Made by a program: the position numbers and the translations under genes. The notes beneath the pieces are model-generated. The model was not told the DNA's origin and did not search any database. It worked only from the letters and a program-made list of their open reading frames with translations. 64,000 nt of DNA, taken from an uncultured delta proteobacterium. GTDB taxonomy: Bacteria > Desulfobacterota > Desulfobaccia > Desulfobaccales > 0-14-0-80-60-11. This document shows positions 61,361 through 64,000 of the stretch, piece by piece (position 1 is the first letter of the stretch; each line of letters starts with the position of its first letter). Location of the stretch: contig CAVYJK010000028.1 in assembly GCA_963768765.1 (NCBI GenBank), positions 48,576 through 112,575 of the forward strand. The letters run 5' to 3'.

Positions 61361-62623
61361 TCAGGTTGGCATGGAGGTCTCCACGCTGATGAGCTTGGGG
61401 CCTTGCTTTATACGGAATTGACCCGCTTGGGTTTCCCAGATCCAGCCCGAGTAGCCGTAGCCCCCGGCGGGCTTCACCACCAGGGCCCCCCGCCAGGAGA
61501 TGGCCCGGGGTTCATTTACCGAAACGGTGCCAAATTTGCCGAAGGTGTATCCCGGCACCGGGTGGCAATAGTCCTCGCCCTTCAGGGCCGCAGCGGTGCT
61601 GAAAGCCGCCTCGCCGCCGAAAACCGCCGCCCGGAGACCATACTTGTGATTCCGGGCCCGGGCGATCACCTCTTCGGTGTCCGTGAAGCTGGCGGTAAAG
61701 GCCACCGGTCCGAAGGCCTCTTCCCGCAGTCCCAGCATATCGTCGGTGGCGTCCCGGATCACCGTGGGGTATATCAGGTTCCCCTCAATCTTCCCGCCGC
61801 ACAGGATTTTCGCCCCCTTTTGCACCGCATCGGACAGTTGCTCTCTGATGCGCGCTACCGCCAGGTCGCTGGCCACCGGCGAGATGTGGGTTTGGGGATC
61901 TTCCGGGTCCCCCGCCCTGAGGGTTTGCACGCCTTCCACCAGCCTGGACAGGAATTCCTCGTAAATAAGCCGGTGGATAAAAATCCTCTTGGGGGCGGTG
62001 CAGGTCTGCCCGGAGTAAGCGAACTTGGAGTTCATGAGGTCCGTCAGAGCCAGGTCAAGGTCGGCATCGGCAAAGACGATGAACGGGTCCACCCCGGGAC
62101 CTTCGAAAATTAGCTTCTTTCCTGCCTCCCGGAAAGCCTCTTCATAGGGCAAGATATTGGCGTCAAAGCCAAAAACCACCACCGCCGGGATGCCGGGGTC
62201 TTTTAAGACCTGGTCCATGAAACTCTTGCCGCTGCCCCGATAAAAGGAGATCTCTTCCCCGAAAATCGGGCGGTACATGGCCTCCGTCAGCGCCATGACG
62301 TCGGCGCCTTTGGAGGAGAATTTCACCCTGACCCGGTTGCCCACAATATAGGCAGAGGTGATGACGGTGTTTAACCAGGCGCTGCCGTTGTAGGAAAGCA
62401 TCACGGCTACGGTGGCGCCTTCTTGCAAGGGCCTTCTATTACTTAAGAAGCCTCTGGCCTGTTGGAACATCTGGAGCCGGTCGATGGTCAGATCCACCTC
62501 ATAGGCGGTGTCCCGGACGGTAAACTTGAGATCCTTGGCCGCCTGGGAAATCATCTGGCCTTTGTGCCGTTTTAAGGCTCTGGCTAAATTCAGGATCTTT
62601 TGGAATCTGGCATCGAAGTCCAT
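61361..62623 (-). CDS. Aldehyde dehydrogenase family protein (short, 420 aa)
   Basis: It has the catalytic Cys context FAYSGQTCTAPKRIFI, plus FEGPGVDPFIV and EEAFGPV. It lies between the HlyD-family and MFS genes. Confidence 0.75.
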   Translation of the reverse strand: MDFDARFQKILNLARALKRHKGQMISQAAKDLKFTVRDTAYEVDLTIDRLQMFQQARGFLSNRRPLQEGATVAVMLSYNGSAWLNTVITSAYIVGNRVRVKFSSKGADVMALTEAMYRPIFGEEISFYRGSGKSFMDQVLKDPGIPAVVVFGFDANILPYEEAFREAGKKLIFEGPGVDPFIVFADADLDLALTDLMNSKFAYSGQTCTAPKRIFIHRLIYEEFLSRLVEGVQTLRAGDPEDPQTHISPVASDLAVARIREQLSDAVQKGAKILCGGKIEGNLIYPTVIRDATDDMLGLREEAFGPVAFTASFTDTEEVIARARNHKYGLRAAVFGGEAAFSTAAALKGEDYCHPVPGYTFGKFGTVSVNEPRAISWRGALVVKPAGGYGYSGWIWETQAGQFRIKQGPKLISVETSMPT

Positions 62624-62695
62624 GGCGCACGCAAGATCAGGGATATTTAGAACCCGGGGCGTCCCAGGCAGGTCCCGGGCCCCCCGGATCCGTGA

Positions 62696-63742
62696 TCATT
62701 TCTGGCTCTGGGATAACAGGCGCTTGCCGGTGCGGCTGCGGGTATCGATGGTAATCTCCGAGGACATGCCCAGGCGCAGAGGCTGGTTTTCCGGGAAGGG
62801 CGGCAGCAGCTCGATCTTGACCGGAATGCGCTGCACCACCTTCACCCAGTTGCCGGTGGCGTTCTCCGGAGGCAGCAGGGAGAAGGCCGAACCGGTGCCG
62901 GCCATGATGGAGTCCACCCTCCCCTTGAATTTGACCCCCGGATAGGTGTCCACCAGGACCGTGGCGGGCTGGCCGATGTAGACGTTGGTGAGCTGGGTTT
63001 CCTTATAATTGGCTTGAATCCAGATCTGGGAAAAGTCCAGGGGGACCAGCATCATCAAAGGCTGGCCCGGCTGCACCCAGTTGCCCACCTCCACCTGCCT
63101 TTTGGTGATAAAGCCGTTGATCTTGGCGGTTATCCGGGTGTAGGCCAGGTTGAGGCGGGCCTGCTCCAGTTTCGCCTTGGCCTCCTTGATGGCCGGTTGG
63201 TCTTCCAGGGGGATGCCGGTGGAGCCGCCGATGGCGGCCAGGGCCTCCTGAAGCTCACGTTTGTATCTATTTACCAGGGCTTCGTTCACCCGGTAACGGG
63301 TGTCCACGTTGTCCAGGGTCTGCTTGGGGATGGTGCGGCGCTCGTAGAGTGCGGTATAGCGGGTCTTATCGGTGCTCGCGAGTTTAAAATTGGCCTCAGC
63401 TTGAGCCAATTTGGCCTTGGCCGTGGCCACCTTGACGTATTTTTCCTCCCACTCCTGGCGCAGGCGCCCCAGGTTGCCGGCCACCTGGGCCTCCGCCGCC
63501 TCGTAGTCCTGGGGCTCCAGGATGGCCAGGACCTGGCCGGTCCCGATCTGCTGGTTGTCGTCCACCAGGACCTGGGCCACCCTACCCGGCACCCGGGCCG
63601 AAATTACCCCCACATAGCCGTAGACGTAGGCGTCGTCGGTGCTGACGAAGATGTGAATGTAAGTCCAGTAGGCGACGCCGGCCCCGACGAGCAGCAGGAC
63701 CAGCAGGATCAAACCTAGGCGGACCGCGGTCTTACGGAACAT
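62696..63742 (-). CDS. emrA: HlyD-family membrane fusion protein (EmrA type)
   Basis: 348 aa with an N-terminal TM helix, a coiled-coil hairpin (AQAEANFKLA..LEQARLNLAYT) and a beta-barrel domain (GQPATVLVDTYPG). Confidence 0.85.
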   Translation of the reverse strand: MFRKTAVRLGLILLVLLLVGAGVAYWTYIHIFVSTDDAYVYGYVGVISARVPGRVAQVLVDDNQQIGTGQVLAILEPQDYEAAEAQVAGNLGRLRQEWEEKYVKVATAKAKLAQAEANFKLASTDKTRYTALYERRTIPKQTLDNVDTRYRVNEALVNRYKRELQEALAAIGGSTGIPLEDQPAIKEAKAKLEQARLNLAYTRITAKINGFITKRQVEVGNWVQPGQPLMMLVPLDFSQIWIQANYKETQLTNVYIGQPATVLVDTYPGVKFKGRVDSIMAGTGSAFSLLPPENATGNWVKVVQRIPVKIELLPPFPENQPLRLGMSSEITIDTRSRTGKRLLSQSQK

Positions 63743-64000
63743 GGTTGGGTTTTTCCTGGGGGAGAAGTTCGTTGATGCCCCCGATGGCCCACATCAACTC
63801 GGCCTTGGCCATCTGGTGGTCATAGAGGGCGGTGAAGTAGTTGACCCGGGTCCTGGTGAGCAGCGTATCGGCGTCGATGACGTCCGTGGCGGTGCCCACG
63901 TTTTCCTTGTAGCGCTCCTCATTGAGGCGCAGGTTTTCCTCCGCCTGGGTCACGGCCGTTTCCGTCGTCCGGATGCGGTCCGCGGTCTCCTTCACTTTCA
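63732..64000 (-). CDS. TolC-family outer membrane efflux protein, C-terminal part (gene continues beyond the right window edge)
   Basis: AEENLRLNEERYKENVGTATDVIDADTLLTRTRVNYFTALYDHQMAKAELMWAIG is the typical C-terminal repeat of OEP/TolC family proteins. It overlaps the emrA start. Confidence 0.8.
   Translation of the reverse strand, partial: KVKETADRIRTTETAVTQAEENLRLNEERYKENVGTATDVIDADTLLTRTRVNYFTALYDHQMAKAELMWAIGGINELLPQEKPNHVP

Overview
GC-rich bacterial chromosomal segment, most likely from a dissimilatory sulfate-reducing or sulfur-disproportionating Desulfobacterota / Thermodesulfobacteriota-type organism. All calls rest on motif recognition in the supplied translations and on my own reading of the DNA; no database search was run.

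Gene content:
- The full sulfate-activation / APS-reduction block sat-aprB-aprA-qmoA-qmoB-qmoC lies co-directionally on the minus strand (9.2-17.8 kb).
- The rest is mostly minus-strand housekeeping: PBP1A, comM, truA, argC, rplM-rpsI, fabH, nrdJ, smpB, ptsH-ptsI, rsmI and ffh-rpsP-KH-rimM-trmD-rplS-rnhB-yraN.
- Also present are rtcB-archease, iorAB, an ADP-forming acyl-CoA synthetase, moeA and an EmrAB/TolC-type efflux operon.

Unusual points:
1. A secreted protein has about 130 collagen-like G-X-Y triplets fused to a 7-bladed beta-propeller, and is built from long perfect in-frame DNA repeats (52.2-54.5 kb).
2. An orphan ParA-type ATPase is tightly coupled to a small coiled-coil partner with a Trp-rich basic C-terminus (McdB-like features). 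A ~690 bp non-coding gap lies upstream (48.4-50.3 kb).
3. A REP/RAYT system: an IS200-like Y1 transposase is inserted between rnhB and yraN. It is flanked by, and contains, hairpin repeats of a family with at least 12 copies in the window.
4. Nearly every intergenic region is filled with short palindromic or MITE-like repeats from at least six families, plus heptanucleotide tandem repeats.
5. A perfect Rex-box palindrome lies in the sat leader.
6. A ferritin-like-domain/class III cyclase fusion and an orphan ModA-like binding protein sit just upstream of sat.
7. About 17 frame disruptions occur inside otherwise intact conserved genes, mostly at short homopolymers. These look like sequence-quality indels rather than gene decay.

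No rRNA gene, tRNA gene or CRISPR array was found.
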